A stretch of 64,000 bases of DNA from Acidobacteriota bacterium (GCA_025456425.1 JALOKP010000026.1:3846-67845); one strand, 5' to 3'; positions 49,762 through 61,657 are shown, counted from the first letter of the stretch. The notes: generated by a model from the letters alone, not told the origin. Numbers and translations are program-made.

Positions 49762-52074
49762 TCAGGCCGGCGCGGCGAGGACCTCTTCGAGCGCGGCGCG
49801 GAGCTGCTCACGCCCCAGCGGCTTGGCGAGGTAGCCGTCCATGCCGGCCGCCAGGCAGCGGGTCCGATCCTCGGGGAAGGCGTGGGCGGTCAGGGCGATG
49901 ACGGGGACCCTCCGCCCCGAGCCCGCCTCCCGCCGGCGCAGCTCGGCCGTCGCCGCGAGCCCGTCCATCACCGGCATCTGGACATCCATCAGCACGACGT
50001 CGAACGGTTCGGCGGCCAGCGCGTCGAGCGCCTGCCGTCCGTCGCCGGCGAGCGTGGCGGCGTGCCCCTCGCGCTCGAGCAGCCGCGCCACGAGCTTCAG
50101 GTTGACCGGGTTGTCGTCGACCAGCAGCACGCGCAGGCCGCGGCGCGCCGCCGCCCCCGTCTCTCGGCTGGAGGGCGCCGACTCCGGCGCGGCGTCCGCC
50201 GCCGGCAGGTCGATCTCGAAGGCGAAGGTGCTGCCCCGGCCCGGCTCGCTTTCGAGTCCGACCTCGCCCCCCATCTGGCGCACCAGCTGCGAGACGATCG
50301 CGAGCCCGAGGCCCGTCCCGCCGTAGCGGCGGCTGGTCGAGCCGTCGGCCTGCTCGAACGGCCGGAAGATCCGCTGCTGGGCCTCGGGCGCGACCCCGAT
50401 CCCGGTGTCGGCGACGGCGAAGGCCACCCGCCCGGTCCGCGCCCCCGGGCGGACGCGCAGTTCCACGCTCCCCTCGTGCGTGAACTTCATCGCATTGCCG
50501 ACCAGGTTGGTCAGGACCTGGTTCAACCGCCCGCGGTCGCCGACGACGCGCAGGGGAAGCGCCGCGTCGAGCTCGACGCCCAGCGCGAGCCCCTTGCGCC
50601 GGGCCTCCGGGCCGAAGGTCGTCGCCTGCGCCTCGGCCAGCTCGCGCAGCGCGAAAGGCTGCGGGTCGAGTCGCAGCGCCTCGGCCTCGATTTTGGAGAA
50701 GTCGAGGATGTCGTTCAGCAGGGCGAGCAGCCCGAGCGCCGCGGCGTAGGCCGCCGCGAGGTTGTCACGCTGGTCGTCGGCGAGCGGGCTGTCGAGCGTG
50801 TCCGCGGTCAGCCCGATGATCGCGTTCATCGGCGTGCGCAGCTCGTGGCTGACGTTGGCCAGGAAGGCGACGCGGGCTCGGTTCGAGGCCTCGGCCTCGG
50901 TCAGCGCGCGGGCCAGGTCGGCGGTCCGCTCCTCGACCCGACGCTCGAGCCCCAGCCGCGCCTCCTCCAGCGCCTGGCGCGCTCCCGCGAGCGAGCCCAG
51001 GGCGTCGTTGATCGCGGTCCCCAGCTCCGCCAGCTCGTCCCGGCCGCGTACCGTCACCCGGCCGGCGAAGTCCTGCCGCCGCCCGATCCGGCTGACCTCG
51101 TCGTGGAGCCGCTGGACCGGCCGGAGGATCCCGCGATCGAGCAGCACCGCCGTCGTCCCGACCGCCAGCAGCACGACCGCAAGCAGCGACAGCACGAGGT
51201 TCCAGACGGTGCGCATCGCCGCGGCGCGCAGCGGGCGGGCCGCGACCGCCCGCACCTCGAACGCGGGGCGCCGGTCGAGGCCGTCGAGCGCGAACAGGCC
51301 GGCCATCCGGTCGACCCCTTCCACCTCGACCTCCGGGTCGGTCCCGGCGGGAATCCGGCTGCCGGCGGCTGCGGGCGCCGCGAAGGCGACCTCGGCGTCG
51401 GCGCGCGCCGCGAGCGGGGCGAGAAAGCGCTGGTCGAGCCGGCGCACCATGAGCAACGTGCCCGCCGGGGCCGCCGGGTCGCCGATCGGCACCGCCGCGA
51501 CGAGCGCCGGCCCGCCGTCGAACGGAACCGCGCCCGAGCAGGCCCCGGCCGGGTCCCAGCCGGCCGGCCGCGGAGTGCCCGCGAAGCGCCGCGCCAGCGC
51601 CGCCGCCGGGCCCGGGTTCGGCACCTTGGTCCGGTTCCGCAACGCGCTGGCGACGAGTCCATCCCTCGCGTCCAGGATCGCGATCGCGTCGATGTCGAGG
51701 TTCTCGAGGGTCGAGGGGGTCAGATTCTCGTGGACGAAGGCCGCGTCGCGCGAAGCCAGGTAGCGCTCGATGTCGTCCCAACTGGCCCAGTCGCGCGCGC
51801 TCGCCCGCAGCCGGGCCTCCTCGGCCGCGAAGGCCGAGGCGACCAGCGAGACGCGTTGGGCGAAGAGCGCGCGTTCCAGCCGCTCCTGTCCCGCGAGCAG
51901 GCCGCTTGCCGACAGGACCGCCACCCCGGCGGCGAGCGCCGCCGCGGGCAGGGCCAGGATCAGCAGTGCCCGGGTGCGTATCCGCACGGGCCCCCCTTCC
52001 GTTCCGTCGGCGCCCCCCCAACGGGCACCGGCCGTGCGAGGCGAAGCTAGGTTCGGCGCCGGCCGGCGGTCCAC
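49762..52074 (-). CDS. Hybrid sensor histidine kinase (kinase C): periplasmic sensor, HAMP, HisKA, HATPase_c, REC
   Basis: H-box [16 protein letters not shown] boxes ([28 protein letters not shown]). [16 protein letters not shown]...[14 protein letters not shown]. The start may be the GTG at about 51990 rather than 52074. Confidence 0.85.
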   Translation of the reverse strand: MDRRPAPNLASPRTAGARWGGADGTEGGPVRIRTRALLILALPAAALAAGVAVLSASGLLAGQERLERALFAQRVSLVASAFAAEEARLRASARDWASWDDIERYLASRDAAFVHENLTPSTLENLDIDAIAILDARDGLVASALRNRTKVPNPGPAAALARRFAGTPRPAGWDPAGACSGAVPFDGGPALVAAVPIGDPAAPAGTLLMVRRLDQRFLAPLAARADAEVAFAAPAAAGSRIPAGTDPEVEVEGVDRMAGLFALDGLDRRPAFEVRAVAARPLRAAAMRTVWNLVLSLLAVVLLAVGTTAVLLDRGILRPVQRLHDEVSRIGRRQDFAGRVTVRGRDELAELGTAINDALGSLAGARQALEEARLGLERRVEERTADLARALTEAEASNRARVAFLANVSHELRTPMNAIIGLTADTLDSPLADDQRDNLAAAYAAALGLLALLNDILDFSKIEAEALRLDPQPFALRELAEAQATTFGPEARRKGLALGVELDAALPLRVVGDRGRLNQVLTNLVGNAMKFTHEGSVELRVRPGARTGRVAFAVADTGIGVAPEAQQRIFRPFEQADGSTSRRYGGTGLGLAIVSQLVRQMGGEVGLESEPGRGSTFAFEIDLPAADAAPESAPSSRETGAAARRGLRVLLVDDNPVNLKLVARLLEREGHAATLAGDGRQALDALAAEPFDVVLMDVQMPVMDGLAATAELRRREAGSGRRVPVIALTAHAFPEDRTRCLAAGMDGYLAKPLGREQLRAALEEVLAAPA

Positions 52075-52156
52075 CCCGGCCCGGTCCGGGAGGCCCCGGA
52101 CCCCCGCCCCCCGGGAGCGCGCGGGCCGGAGGGGCTACCCTGTGCGGTCGCCCCCG

Positions 52157-53953
52157 ATGCCGATCGCACCCGCACCGCGCCGCCTCGTCCAGCTGCTGCG
52201 CCCCGAGCGCGGCCGCTACGCCTTCGGCTTGCTCTCGCTGCTGGTCGTCAACCTGACCGACGTGCTGGCCCCGCTCTTCCTGGCGGTGGCGATCGACCGG
52301 GTCGCGGCGGCTTCGACCGGGCAGCCGGCCGCCGTCCCGCGGCTCCTGGGCTGGCTCGGGCTGACCGGCGCGACGCACTCGGTCGGGGCTGCAATCGCCG
52401 CCTACGTGGCGATCGCCCTGGTCTCGAACCTGTTCCGCTACCCGATGCTGATGAACGTCTCGGTCCCGTCGCACCGCGTCGTGCAGGGGGTCCGGCGCGC
52501 GCTGGTCGAGCACCTGCTGCGGCTGGCGCGGCCGTTCTACGACCGCTCGCGCACGGGGGATCTGATGTCGCTCGCCACCTCCGACAGCCAGGCCCTGCGG
52601 ATGGCGCTGGGCCCGGGGGTGCTGCTGCTGATCGACACCGCGCTGCTGGTCGGCCTCGTGCTGGGGACGATGGCCACGCTGTCGGTTCCGCTGACGCTGG
52701 CGGCGCTGCTCCCGCTGCCGGCGATCGCGCTCCTCACGCAACGGTTCTCGCACGCCGAGTTCGCGCGCTTCGGGGCGGTGCAGGAGGACCTGGCGCGGCT
52801 GACCGAGCGGGCCCGCGAGACCTACGCCGGGATCCGGGTGCTGCAGGGGTTCGCGCGCGAGGAGTTCGAGCGCGCGCGCTTCGCCGCCGACTCGCGCCGC
52901 CACTTCGGGCTCAACCTGCGGCTGGCGCGGATCCGCAGCCTGTTCGACCCGTCGCTCGAGTTCTTCCTGGGGCTCTCGACGCTCTTCGTGCTGATTGCGG
53001 GCGGCGTGCAGATGGCCCAGGGGGCGCTCTCGGTCGGCGCCTTCACCGCCTTCCTCTACCTGGTGGGCCAGCTCTCCGGCCCGATGATCGGCTTCGGCTG
53101 GGCCGTCTCGCTGATGCAGCGCGGCCGCAAGTCGCTGGAGCGCATCGACGGGCTGTTGGCCGAGCCGGTCGAGATCGAGGACGCACCGGACGCGGTCGAG
53201 GCGGCGGGACCGGGGCGGCTCGAGGTCGAGGACCTGCGCTTCCGCTACGCCGGGGCCCCCGCCCCCGCGCTCGACGGCGTCTCGTTCACGCTGCCGGCGG
53301 GCAGGACGCTGGGCGTGATCGGCCCGGTCGGCGGCGGCAAGTCGACTCTGGCCGCGCTGCTGGCCCGGCTCTACGAGCCGCCGCCGGGCGCGATCCGGCT
53401 CGACGGCGTCGACGTCCGGCGCCTGACGCTCGCCTCGCTGCGCGGCGCGATTGCGGTCGCACCCCAGGAGACCTTCCTGTTCGGCGACACCGTGCTGAGC
53501 AACATTGCACTCGCCGCCGCGCCCGACGCGCGCGACGCGCGGCGCCTGGCGCGGCTGGCCGCGATCGACGACGAGATCGAGGCGCTGCCCGAGGGCTACG
53601 CCACGCTGCTCGGCGAGCGGGGGGTCAACCTCTCGGGCGGCCAGCGCCAGCGGCTGGCGATCGCCCGCGCGGTCGGGGCCGCACCGCGCGTGCTGGTGCT
53701 CGACGACTGTCTGGCTGCGGTCGACGCCGCGACCGAGGCCGAGATCCTGGCCAATCTCGACGAGGCGCTGGCAGGCCGCAGCGGGATCGTGATCAGCCAG
53801 CGCGTCCGCGCCGTCCGGCGCTGCGACGAGATCCTGGTGCTCGACGGCGGGCGCGTGACCGAGCGCGGCACCCACACCGAGTTGCTCGCGCGCGGCGGCT
53901 GGTACGCCGCGGTGGCTCGGGCCCAGGCCCGGATCGAGGAGGGCGCCCCGTGA
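52157..53953 (+). CDS. ABC exporter, fused permease-ATPase (MsbA/type I exporter half-transporter)
   Basis: 6-TM ABC_membrane domain, then Walker A GPVGGGKST, signature LSGGQRQRLAIARAV, Walker B VLVLDD. Confidence 0.85.
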   Translation: MPIAPAPRRLVQLLRPERGRYAFGLLSLLVVNLTDVLAPLFLAVAIDRVAAASTGQPAAVPRLLGWLGLTGATHSVGAAIAAYVAIALVSNLFRYPMLMNVSVPSHRVVQGVRRALVEHLLRLARPFYDRSRTGDLMSLATSDSQALRMALGPGVLLLIDTALLVGLVLGTMATLSVPLTLAALLPLPAIALLTQRFSHAEFARFGAVQEDLARLTERARETYAGIRVLQGFAREEFERARFAADSRRHFGLNLRLARIRSLFDPSLEFFLGLSTLFVLIAGGVQMAQGALSVGAFTAFLYLVGQLSGPMIGFGWAVSLMQRGRKSLERIDGLLAEPVEIEDAPDAVEAAGPGRLEVEDLRFRYAGAPAPALDGVSFTLPAGRTLGVIGPVGGGKSTLAALLARLYEPPPGAIRLDGVDVRRLTLASLRGAIAVAPQETFLFGDTVLSNIALAAAPDARDARRLARLAAIDDEIEALPEGYATLLGERGVNLSGGQRQRLAIARAVGAAPRVLVLDDCLAAVDAATEAEILANLDEALAGRSGIVISQRVRAVRRCDEILVLDGGRVTERGTHTELLARGGWYAAVARAQARIEEGAP

Positions 53954-55839
53954 GCGGCCGCGCCACCCCCGCGCCGCGCGATCCCGTGCTGGAGCGGATG
54001 ATCGCCGAGGAGCGGGTCGAGTCCCGGCTGCTCGACGCAGCCCTGCTGCGCCGCTTCGCGCGGTCGCTGGGGCCCCATCCCGGGCTGGTCGCGGCGGCGC
54101 TGCTGCTGGCGCTGGCCGAGGCGCTGACGATGACGCTGCCAGCCTGGATGATCGGGCTGGCGGTCGATCGGCTGACCGCCGCGCCGCGCCCTGGCTCGCC
54201 ATTCGAGCAAGCGGTGCTCGCCGCCGCCGACGCGCTGGGCCGCCTGCTCGCCGCGATCGGTCCGCGGGCGGCGCTGGTCGGGGGGCTGGGCCTGCTGATC
54301 TTCCTGGCCTGGGCGCTGCGCTGGGCGATCGCGGTCGTGACCTCCTACATCGTGCAGTGGCTGGGCCAGGCGATCGTCCACGATCTCCGGGTCGAGGTCT
54401 TCCACCGGATCACCGGGATGGACGCCGGCTGGTTCGCGATCCACCCGGTCGGCCGGCTGGTCAACCGCACCACCTTCGACGTCCAGGCGCTGGCCGAGCT
54501 GTTCTCCGACGCCTTCGCCCAGGGGGTGCGCGACCTGTTCTTCGTCGTCGTGCTGGGAGCGGTGATGTGCGCGCTGGACGTCCCGTTGGCGGCGATCCTG
54601 GTCGGGACCTTCCCGCCGCTGGTGGCGATCGCCTGGGGCTACCGCCGGCTGGCGCGGGGGCCGCTGCGGACCAACGCGGCGGTCCAGTCGCGGATGAACG
54701 CCTGGCTGGCCGAGAACCTGGCCGGGATGCGCGAGAACCACCTCTACCGCGCCGAGCCGCGGCGCCGCGCCGAGTTCGCCGCGCTGACCGACGCGCACCA
54801 GGCCTCGATCACCGAGGTCGTGCGGGCCTGGGCCCTGCTGCGCCCGGCGATGCTGACGGTCACGGCACTGGCGACGGCGCTGGTCCTCCTGGTCGGCCAG
54901 CAGCGCGTGGCGGCAGGGATGATCTCGGTCGGACTGCTGCTCACCTTCCTGCAGTACACGACGCGCCTCTGGATCCCGGTCCGAAACCTGACCGAGAAGT
55001 TCAACACGATCCAGGCCGCGCTGACCGCGGCCGAGCGGATCGCGGCGGTGCTCGACGCGCGCCCGTCGATCGCCGACCTCCCGCAGGCCGACCCGGCGCT
55101 GCGCGTGCGCGAGGGGACGGTCCGCTTCGAGGGGGTCCGCTTCACTTACCCGGGCCAGCCGCGGCCGGCGCTCGACGGGGTCGACCTCGAGGCCGGGCGC
55201 GGCGAGATGGTCGCGCTGGTCGGCGACACCGGGGCGGGGAAGACGACGGTGGCCAAGCTGGTCTCGCGGGTCCACGACCCGGACGCGGGGCGGGTCCTGA
55301 TCGACGGCCGCGACGCGCGCGACTACGCCCTGCAGCAGCTGCGCGGCGGCATGGCCGCCGTGCCGCAGGATGTGGTGGTCTTCGCCGGCTCGCTGCGCGA
55401 GAACGCGACGCTCGGGCTCGAGGTGCCGGAGCCGCGGGTCCGCGAGTGCCTGGCCGCGGTCGGGCTCGAGCCGCTGGTCGAGCGCCTCGGAGGGCTGGAC
55501 GCGCCGCTCGAGGAGGGGGGGCGCAACCTCTCGGCCGGCGAGCGCCAGCTCCTTTCCTTCGCCCGCGCCCTGGTGCGCGACGCCCCGCTGCTGATCCTCG
55601 ACGAGGCGACGGCGAACGTCGACTCCGAGACCGAGCTGCTGCTCCAGCGGGCGCTGGCCCGACTGACCACGGGCCGGACCAGCCTCGTGATCGCCCACCG
55701 GCTCTCGACGATCCGCCACGCCGACCGGATCCTCGTGCTCTCCGGCGGCCGAATCGTCGAAGAGGGGACGCACGAGGCCCTGCTCGCCCGGGGGGGGGAG
55801 TACAGTCGCCTGGTCGGGGATCGGGACCAGACCTCCTAA
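53950..55839 (+). CDS. ABC exporter, fused permease-ATPase; partner of the upstream gene (heterodimeric pair)
   Basis: GTG start overlapping the previous stop. Walker A GDTGAGKTT, signature LSAGERQLLSFARAL, Walker B LLILDEAT. Confidence 0.85.
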   Translation: MSGRATPAPRDPVLERMIAEERVESRLLDAALLRRFARSLGPHPGLVAAALLLALAEALTMTLPAWMIGLAVDRLTAAPRPGSPFEQAVLAAADALGRLLAAIGPRAALVGGLGLLIFLAWALRWAIAVVTSYIVQWLGQAIVHDLRVEVFHRITGMDAGWFAIHPVGRLVNRTTFDVQALAELFSDAFAQGVRDLFFVVVLGAVMCALDVPLAAILVGTFPPLVAIAWGYRRLARGPLRTNAAVQSRMNAWLAENLAGMRENHLYRAEPRRRAEFAALTDAHQASITEVVRAWALLRPAMLTVTALATALVLLVGQQRVAAGMISVGLLLTFLQYTTRLWIPVRNLTEKFNTIQAALTAAERIAAVLDARPSIADLPQADPALRVREGTVRFEGVRFTYPGQPRPALDGVDLEAGRGEMVALVGDTGAGKTTVAKLVSRVHDPDAGRVLIDGRDARDYALQQLRGGMAAVPQDVVVFAGSLRENATLGLEVPEPRVRECLAAVGLEPLVERLGGLDAPLEEGGRNLSAGERQLLSFARALVRDAPLLILDEATANVDSETELLLQRALARLTTGRTSLVIAHRLSTIRHADRILVLSGGRIVEEGTHEALLARGGEYSRLVGDRDQTS

Positions 55840-55840
55840 C

Positions 55841-56017
55841 CCACGGTGGCCGCGAGCGTGTTGGTGAATCCCCCCTAATTCGCACAGGTGTAAGCACTTA
55901 CGCCCGGGTCCACGGTACGCCCGCAGCGTCCCCACGCCAGACCCCGGCTCGCAGCGGGCTAACGCCCATCTGAGCCCCAACGCGCGAGCGGCGCCAACAG
56001 GCTTGCGGCCACCGTGG
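55841..56017. repeat. Copy B of the ~178-bp element with terminal inverted repeats
   Basis: Left end ccacggtggccgcgagcgtgttgg (55841..55864). Right end caacaggcttgcggccaccgtgg (55995..56017). Same orientation and about 95 nt spacing to the downstream hybrid kinase start as copy A. The downstream leader shares cccccgtccg and tattcgga-like blocks. Confidence 0.5.
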
Positions 56018-56109
56018 GCGCCCGCCCCCGTCCGGGCCTTTCCGTCCCCCGCGACCCATATTCGGATCGGCGGCCGAGAGCCGCCTCGAGGCCTCGGGAC
56101 CCGATCGAG

Positions 56110-59100
56110 ATGGCGTACTCCGCGATTCGCCGCCCCCCCGGCACGCGCGCCGTGTGCCGCGCGCTCGCCGCCGTCGCCTGCGCGCTCGCCGCGGCCGGCC
56201 CGGCCGCGCTCGGGCTGGACCCCGAACGCGGCATCACTCAGTTCACGCAGCGCGGCTGGAGCGCCGAGCAGGGGCTGCCGCAGAACTCGGTGACCGCAAT
56301 TGTGCAGGGACGCTTCGGCTACCTCTGGTTGGGAACGCAGGAGGGGCTGGTCCGATTCGACGGCGCGTCCTTCCAGGTCTTCAACCGCCGCAACACGCCG
56401 GCGCTCAGCACTCACACCATCACCGCGCTCGCGGTCGGTTCGAAGGGCGATATCTGGATCGGGACCGAGGGCGGCCTGGTGCGGCGAACGGACCACGGCT
56501 TTGTCCGCTTCGGTCTGCCCGAGGGGCTGCCCAGCGAGCAGATCGTCGCGCTCGCCGCGCCGCCCGACGGCTCGATCTGGATCGGGACCGCCGACGCGGG
56601 GCTGGCCCGCCTCAAGGGGCGCAAGATCACCCGCTATGGGCGCGCCGACGGGTTGCCCGACGACCGGGTCCGCGCGCTCACGCTGGCGCCCGACGGCAGC
56701 CTCTGGGTCGGCACCGCGGCCGGGCTGGCGCGCTGGGAGAAGGGGCGGATCCGCCCCGTCGGCCCCGATCAGGGGGTGCCGGCGACCGACATCCGCGCGG
56801 TGATGGCGGCGCTCGACGGCTCGCTCTGGTTCGGCACCGGCGACGGACTCGGCCGGCTGTACCGGGGCCAGGTGACACACTTCGGCGAGGCCGCGGGACT
56901 GCGCCGCACGCGCGTCCAGGCGCTGGCCGAGGACGCCGAGGGGATGCTCTGGGTCGGGACCCAGGGGGGCGGCGTAGCGCGGCTGAAGGACGGCCGTTTC
57001 GAGCACTTCGGCACGCCCGAGGGGCTCGCGCACGACGACGTCATCTCGCTCGGGACAGACCGCGAGGGAAACCTCTGGGTCGGGACCGACGGCGGCGGCC
57101 TGCACCGCCTTTCGGACGGCGCCTTCACGACCCTGACGCGCAAGCAGGGACTGCCGGTCGACGACGCGTGGACCGTCTTCCAGGACCGTCGCGGGCGGCT
57201 CTGGGTCGGGACCAACGGCGGCGGGCTGGCGGTGATCGAGCGGGGGCGGGTCCGGCGGATCGAGATCCCTCCCGTGGCCGGAGTCGACGGCGCGGTCGTC
57301 GGCGCGATCGCCGAGGACCCGAGCGGCGCGATCTGGGCCGGCCTCGCGCAGGAGGGCCTGCTGCGGATCGACCGCTCGGGCGCGGTCCGCGTCTTCACCT
57401 CCAGGGACGGGCTCCGGCCGCGCCGGATCAACGCGATCGTCCCGCGCGCGGCGGGCGGGCTGTGGATCGGCTTCGACGATCGCGGCGACCTGCAATGCCA
57501 TGACGGCGGGCGGTTCTTCGCCTGCGCCCCGCCGCGGGCAGTAAGCCGCACCGTGCGGGCGCTGCTCGAGCGGCCCGACGGGACGCTCTGGATCGGCACC
57601 GAGGGGGACGGGCTGGTCGCGCTGAAGGACGGCCGCGAGCGGACCTGGTCGCTGGCCGAGGGGCTGCCTTCCGCGCGCGTGCTCGCGCTCTACGCCGAGC
57701 CCGACGGCACGCTCTGGATCGGGACCGACGGCGGTGGCCTGGCCCGCCTGCGCGGCGAACAACTCGATCATGTCGACGCCGGCAGCGGGTTGTTCGACGA
57801 CATCGTCTTCTCGATCGTCGACGACGGGCGCGACGCGCTCTGGCTGGCCTCCAACCGCGGCGTCTTCCGGATGCCCAAGCGCGCCTTCGACGCGATGGCG
57901 GCCGGCCAGGTGCCGCATCCCGCCGGCCAGGCCTACGGTACCGCCGACGGGATGCGCAGCGCCGAGTGCAACGGCGGCTACCAGCCCGCCGCGACGCGCG
58001 GGGCCGACGGCCGGCTCTGGTTCCCGACGGTCAAGGGGATCGTCGTGACCGACCCGTCCCGCGACTCCGCGGGCGGCGTCCCGCCACAGGTGCTGATCGA
58101 GCGGGTCGAGGCCGGCCACCAGGTCCAGCCGCTCGCGGCCACCAGCCGCCTGCCGGTCGGCGTGCGCGACCTCGAGATCGGCTACGTGGGAATCTCGCTC
58201 AAGGCGCCGGAGAAGGTCCGCTACCGCTACATCCTCGAGGGCTTTGACAAGGAGTGGATCGACGCCGGCGACCGCCGCACGGCCTTCTACACCAACCTGC
58301 CGCCCGGCGAGTACACCTTCCGCGTCGTGGCCAGCAACGCGGCCGGGCGCTGGAGCGAGTCGGGAGCGGCGCAGGCGATCATCGTGCCGCCGATGTTCCA
58401 CGAGACCTGGGCCTTCTACGTGCTCGTGGGCTCGCTCGCGGTCGCCCTGTTCTCGGGGGTCTATCTCGCCCGCATCCTCAAGCTGAACCGCCACAACCGG
58501 AAGCTCGAGGAGCGCGTCGCCGGGCGGACGGTCGAGCTGCGGCGCCAGGCCGAGCAGCTCGCGGCGGCCAACGTCGAGCTGCAGGCCGCGCGCGAGCAGT
58601 CCGAGGCTGCGAACCACGCCAAGAGCGAGTTCCTGGCGACGATGAGCCACGAGATCCGCACCCCGATGAACGGCATCATCGGGATGACCGAGCTGGCGCT
58701 CGGCACCGAGCTGTCGCCCGAGCAGCGCGAGTACCTCGACCTGGTCAAGCTCTCGGCCCACTCGCTGCTGCGCCTGCTCAACGACATCCTCGACCTGTCC
58801 AAGGTCGATGCGGGGAAGCTGCAGCTCCGCCAGGAGGAGTTCCCGCTGCGCGAGCGGCTGGGGGACGCGGTCAAGGGCCTGGCCTGCCACGCCTTCGAGA
58901 AGGAGCTGGAGCTGGTCTTCCGCGTCGCGCCCGACGTCCCCGACCGGTTGATCGGAGACGAGGGTCGGTTCCGCCAGGTGCTGGTCAACCTGGTCGGCAA
59001 CGCGATCAAGTTCACCGCGCGCGGCGAGGTCGCGATCGAGGTGGCGGCGCGCGAGCGCGGTGAGAACGACGTGCTGCTGGCCTGCACCGTGCGCGACACC

Positions 59101-60186
59101 GGGATCGGGATCCCGCGCGAAAAGCTGGCGCTGATCTTCGAGCCGTTCCGCCAGGTCGACGGCTCGCACACCCGCAGCTACGGCGGCACCGGCCTGGGGC
59201 TGACGATCTCGCGCCGGATGGCCGAGCTGATGGGCGGCGACCTGAGGGTCCAGAGCGAGCCGGGCCGGGGCAGCAGCTTCGAGCTGACGATGCGCTTCGG
59301 GATCGCCGACGCGACCGGCGAGCCGGCCACGGACCGCGACCTGGCGACGCTCTCGGGCGCCCGCGTGCTGGTCGTCGACGACAACGCAACCGCCTGCGCC
59401 CAGCTGGTCGCGCAGCTCTCGGAGTGGGGGCTGCGGGCCGGCGGCGCCAACTCCTCCGAGGACGCGCGGGCCGTGCTGGCGCGGGCGCTCGAGGAGCACG
59501 ACCCGTACGTCCTGGCGCTGGTCGACGAGCGGCTGGGGAGCGAGCCCGGTTTCGCCTTCGCCCGGGCGCTCTCCCACCACCCCCGGCTGCCCGAGCTGCA
59601 CACCGTCTACCTCGCGGTGCTGGCGCCTCACACCGGCGGCCTACCCCAGACCGAGCCCGGCCGCAGCTCGCTGCTGACCAAGCCGGTCACCGCTTCCGAG
59701 TTGCGGCGCGCGCTGGTCGAGGCGATGGGCGTGCCCGCGCCCGCCCGCGCCTACGAGGTCGACGAGAGCGCCTCGACCGGCGGGATCTCACGCCCGCTCT
59801 CGGTCCTGGTGGCCGAGGACCACCCCGTGAACCAGCGCCTGGTGACGCGGCTGCTGGAGAAGGCCGGGCACACCGTGACCGTGGTGGCCAACGGCCGCGA
59901 GGCGGTCGAGGCCTACGGGTGCGGCCCGTTCGACGTCGTGCTGATGGACGTCCAGATGCCCGAGATGGACGGGCTGGCCGCGACCCGCGCGATCCGCGCG
60001 ATCGAGGCGGTGCGCGGCGGCCGGGTCCCGATCGTCGCGATGACCGCGCGCGCGATGGAGCGCGACCGCGAGGAGTGCCTGGCCGCCGGGATGGACGGCC
60101 ACCTCCCCAAGCCGATCCAGCCGCGCGAGCTGCGGGCCTACCTGCGGCGGCTGGCCACCAGTCCGCAGCCGCCCGTCCCGGCGTAG
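56110..60186 (+). CDS. Giant hybrid sensor histidine kinase (kinase B): signal peptide, two Reg_prop beta-propeller arrays, Y_Y_Y, TM, HisKA, HATPase_c, a degenerate receiver and REC; no DNA-binding domain
   Basis: Repeated (D/E)G.LW(I/V)GT propeller blades in about 14 copies. [24 protein letters not shown]-box [15 protein letters not shown]-terminal REC identical in motif to kinase A ([22 protein letters not shown]). Confidence 0.85.
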   Translation: MAYSAIRRPPGTRAVCRALAAVACALAAAGPAALGLDPERGITQFTQRGWSAEQGLPQNSVTAIVQGRFGYLWLGTQEGLVRFDGASFQVFNRRNTPALSTHTITALAVGSKGDIWIGTEGGLVRRTDHGFVRFGLPEGLPSEQIVALAAPPDGSIWIGTADAGLARLKGRKITRYGRADGLPDDRVRALTLAPDGSLWVGTAAGLARWEKGRIRPVGPDQGVPATDIRAVMAALDGSLWFGTGDGLGRLYRGQVTHFGEAAGLRRTRVQALAEDAEGMLWVGTQGGGVARLKDGRFEHFGTPEGLAHDDVISLGTDREGNLWVGTDGGGLHRLSDGAFTTLTRKQGLPVDDAWTVFQDRRGRLWVGTNGGGLAVIERGRVRRIEIPPVAGVDGAVVGAIAEDPSGAIWAGLAQEGLLRIDRSGAVRVFTSRDGLRPRRINAIVPRAAGGLWIGFDDRGDLQCHDGGRFFACAPPRAVSRTVRALLERPDGTLWIGTEGDGLVALKDGRERTWSLAEGLPSARVLALYAEPDGTLWIGTDGGGLARLRGEQLDHVDAGSGLFDDIVFSIVDDGRDALWLASNRGVFRMPKRAFDAMAAGQVPHPAGQAYGTADGMRSAECNGGYQPAATRGADGRLWFPTVKGIVVTDPSRDSAGGVPPQVLIERVEAGHQVQPLAATSRLPVGVRDLEIGYVGISLKAPEKVRYRYILEGFDKEWIDAGDRRTAFYTNLPPGEYTFRVVASNAAGRWSESGAAQAIIVPPMFHETWAFYVLVGSLAVALFSGVYLARILKLNRHNRKLEERVAGRTVELRRQAEQLAAANVELQAAREQSEAANHAKSEFLATMSHEIRTPMNGIIGMTELALGTELSPEQREYLDLVKLSAHSLLRLLNDILDLSKVDAGKLQLRQEEFPLRERLGDAVKGLACHAFEKELELVFRVAPDVPDRLIGDEGRFRQVLVNLVGNAIKFTARGEVAIEVAARERGENDVLLACTVRDTGIGIPREKLALIFEPFRQVDGSHTRSYGGTGLGLTISRRMAELMGGDLRVQSEPGRGSSFELTMRFGIADATGEPATDRDLATLSGARVLVVDDNATACAQLVAQLSEWGLRAGGANSSEDARAVLARALEEHDPYVLALVDERLGSEPGFAFARALSHHPRLPELHTVYLAVLAPHTGGLPQTEPGRSSLLTKPVTASELRRALVEAMGVPAPARAYEVDESASTGGISRPLSVLVAEDHPVNQRLVTRLLEKAGHTVTVVANGREAVEAYGCGPFDVVLMDVQMPEMDGLAATRAIRAIEAVRGGRVPIVAMTARAMERDREECLAAGMDGHLPKPIQPRELRAYLRRLATSPQPPVPA

Positions 60187-60217
60187 CGCGCCGTCCGGCG
60201 CGCGCTCCCGGCCGCGC

Positions 60218-61591
60218 TCACGGCCGCGTCATCCGCTCCGGCCGCACCGCGCGGTCGAACTCCTCGCCGCTCAGGAGGCCCAGCGCGACGACCGCCTCGC
60301 GCAGCGTGAGCCCCTCGGCGTGGGCCTTCTTCGCGGCCCGTGCCGCGGCGTCGTAGCCGATCACCGGGTTGAGCGCGGTGACCAGCATCAACGAGCGCTC
60401 GACGAGCTCGGCGATCCGCGCGCGGTCGGGCTCCAGCCCCGCGATGCAGCGGTCGGCGAACGAGCGCGCCGCGTCGCCCAGGAGGCGCGCGCTCTCCAGC
60501 ACGTTGCGCGCGATCAGCGGCTTGCAGGCGTTCAGCTCGAGCTGGCCCCCCATCGCCCCCAGCGCCACCGCGACGTCGTTGCCGACGACCTGCGCCGCGA
60601 CCATGATCAGCGCCTCGGCCTGGGTCGGGTTGACCTTGCCGGGCATGATCGACGAGCCCGGCTCGTTGGCCGGGAGCACGAGCTCGCCGAGTCCCGCGCG
60701 CGGCCCCGAGGCCAGCAGGCGCACGTCGTTGGCCAGCTTGGTCAGCGCGGTGGCCGCGGTCTTCAGCGCCCCCGACAGCGCGACCAGCGGCTCGTGTCCG
60801 GCGATCCCGGCGAACCGGTTGCGCGCCGGCCGGAACGGCCGCCCGGTCGTCTCGGCCAGGCGCGCGATCGTGCGCGCCGCGAACTCGGGGTGCGCGTTGA
60901 GCCCGGTCCCGACCGCGGTTCCGCCCAGCGGCAGCTCGTAGATCGGGCCGAGCGCCGCCTCGATCGTCGCGATCGCGATCTCCAGCTGTGCGCCCCAGCC
61001 CGAGATCTCCTGCCCCAGCGTCAGCGGCACGGCGTCCATCAGGTGGGTGCGGCCGATCTTGACGAGGTCGTCGAAGGCGCGGGCCTTCTCGGTCAGGCGC
61101 GCCGCGAGGTGCCGCAGCGCCGGGAGCGTGTTCTCCTCCACCTCGGCGGCGGCGGCCAGGTGCATCGCGGCCGGGAAGGCGTCGTTGCTGCTCTGGCCGC
61201 GGTTGACCTCGTCGTTGGGGTGGACGCGCCGGCCGCCGCCGAGCCGTTCGCCGGCGCGGTGAGCGATCACCTCGTTGACGTTCATGTTGGTCTGCGTCCC
61301 CGACCCGGTCTGCCAGACGACGAGCGGGAAGTGGTCGTCGAGCGCCCCCTCCGCGACCTCGCGCGCGGCGGCGGCGATCGCCTCCGCGACCTCCGGGTCG
61401 AAGAGGCCCAGCTCGGCGTGGATGCGCGCCGCGGCCTCCTTGATCCGTGCGAGCGCGTGGATCAGCCGCAGGTTCATGCGCTCGCTGCCGATCGGGAAGT
61501 TGCGGCGCGAGCGCTCGGTCTGCGCGCCCCAGCAGCGGTCGGCCGGAACCTCGACGGGGCCCAGGCTGTCGGTCTCGGTGCGGGTCTTCAT
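60218..61591 (-). CDS. fumC: Class II fumarate hydratase
   Basis: [28 protein letters not shown], and the [17 protein letters not shown] signature. Confidence 0.9.
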   Translation of the reverse strand: MKTRTETDSLGPVEVPADRCWGAQTERSRRNFPIGSERMNLRLIHALARIKEAAARIHAELGLFDPEVAEAIAAAAREVAEGALDDHFPLVVWQTGSGTQTNMNVNEVIAHRAGERLGGGRRVHPNDEVNRGQSSNDAFPAAMHLAAAAEVEENTLPALRHLAARLTEKARAFDDLVKIGRTHLMDAVPLTLGQEISGWGAQLEIAIATIEAALGPIYELPLGGTAVGTGLNAHPEFAARTIARLAETTGRPFRPARNRFAGIAGHEPLVALSGALKTAATALTKLANDVRLLASGPRAGLGELVLPANEPGSSIMPGKVNPTQAEALIMVAAQVVGNDVAVALGAMGGQLELNACKPLIARNVLESARLLGDAARSFADRCIAGLEPDRARIAELVERSLMLVTALNPVIGYDAAARAAKKAHAEGLTLREAVVALGLLSGEEFDRAVRPERMTRP

Positions 61592-61657
61592 CGGGCGGCC
61601 TCCGGGAAGGGCGGGGACGGGCCGTACGGTAACCCCGTTCTGCTCGCAGCCCTAGGA

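Noticed and set aside
53596-59631. 2011-aa minus-strand ORF
   Set aside because: Antisense to the ABC exporter and to kinase B. Composition is R/G/A/P-rich with no domain-like segments.
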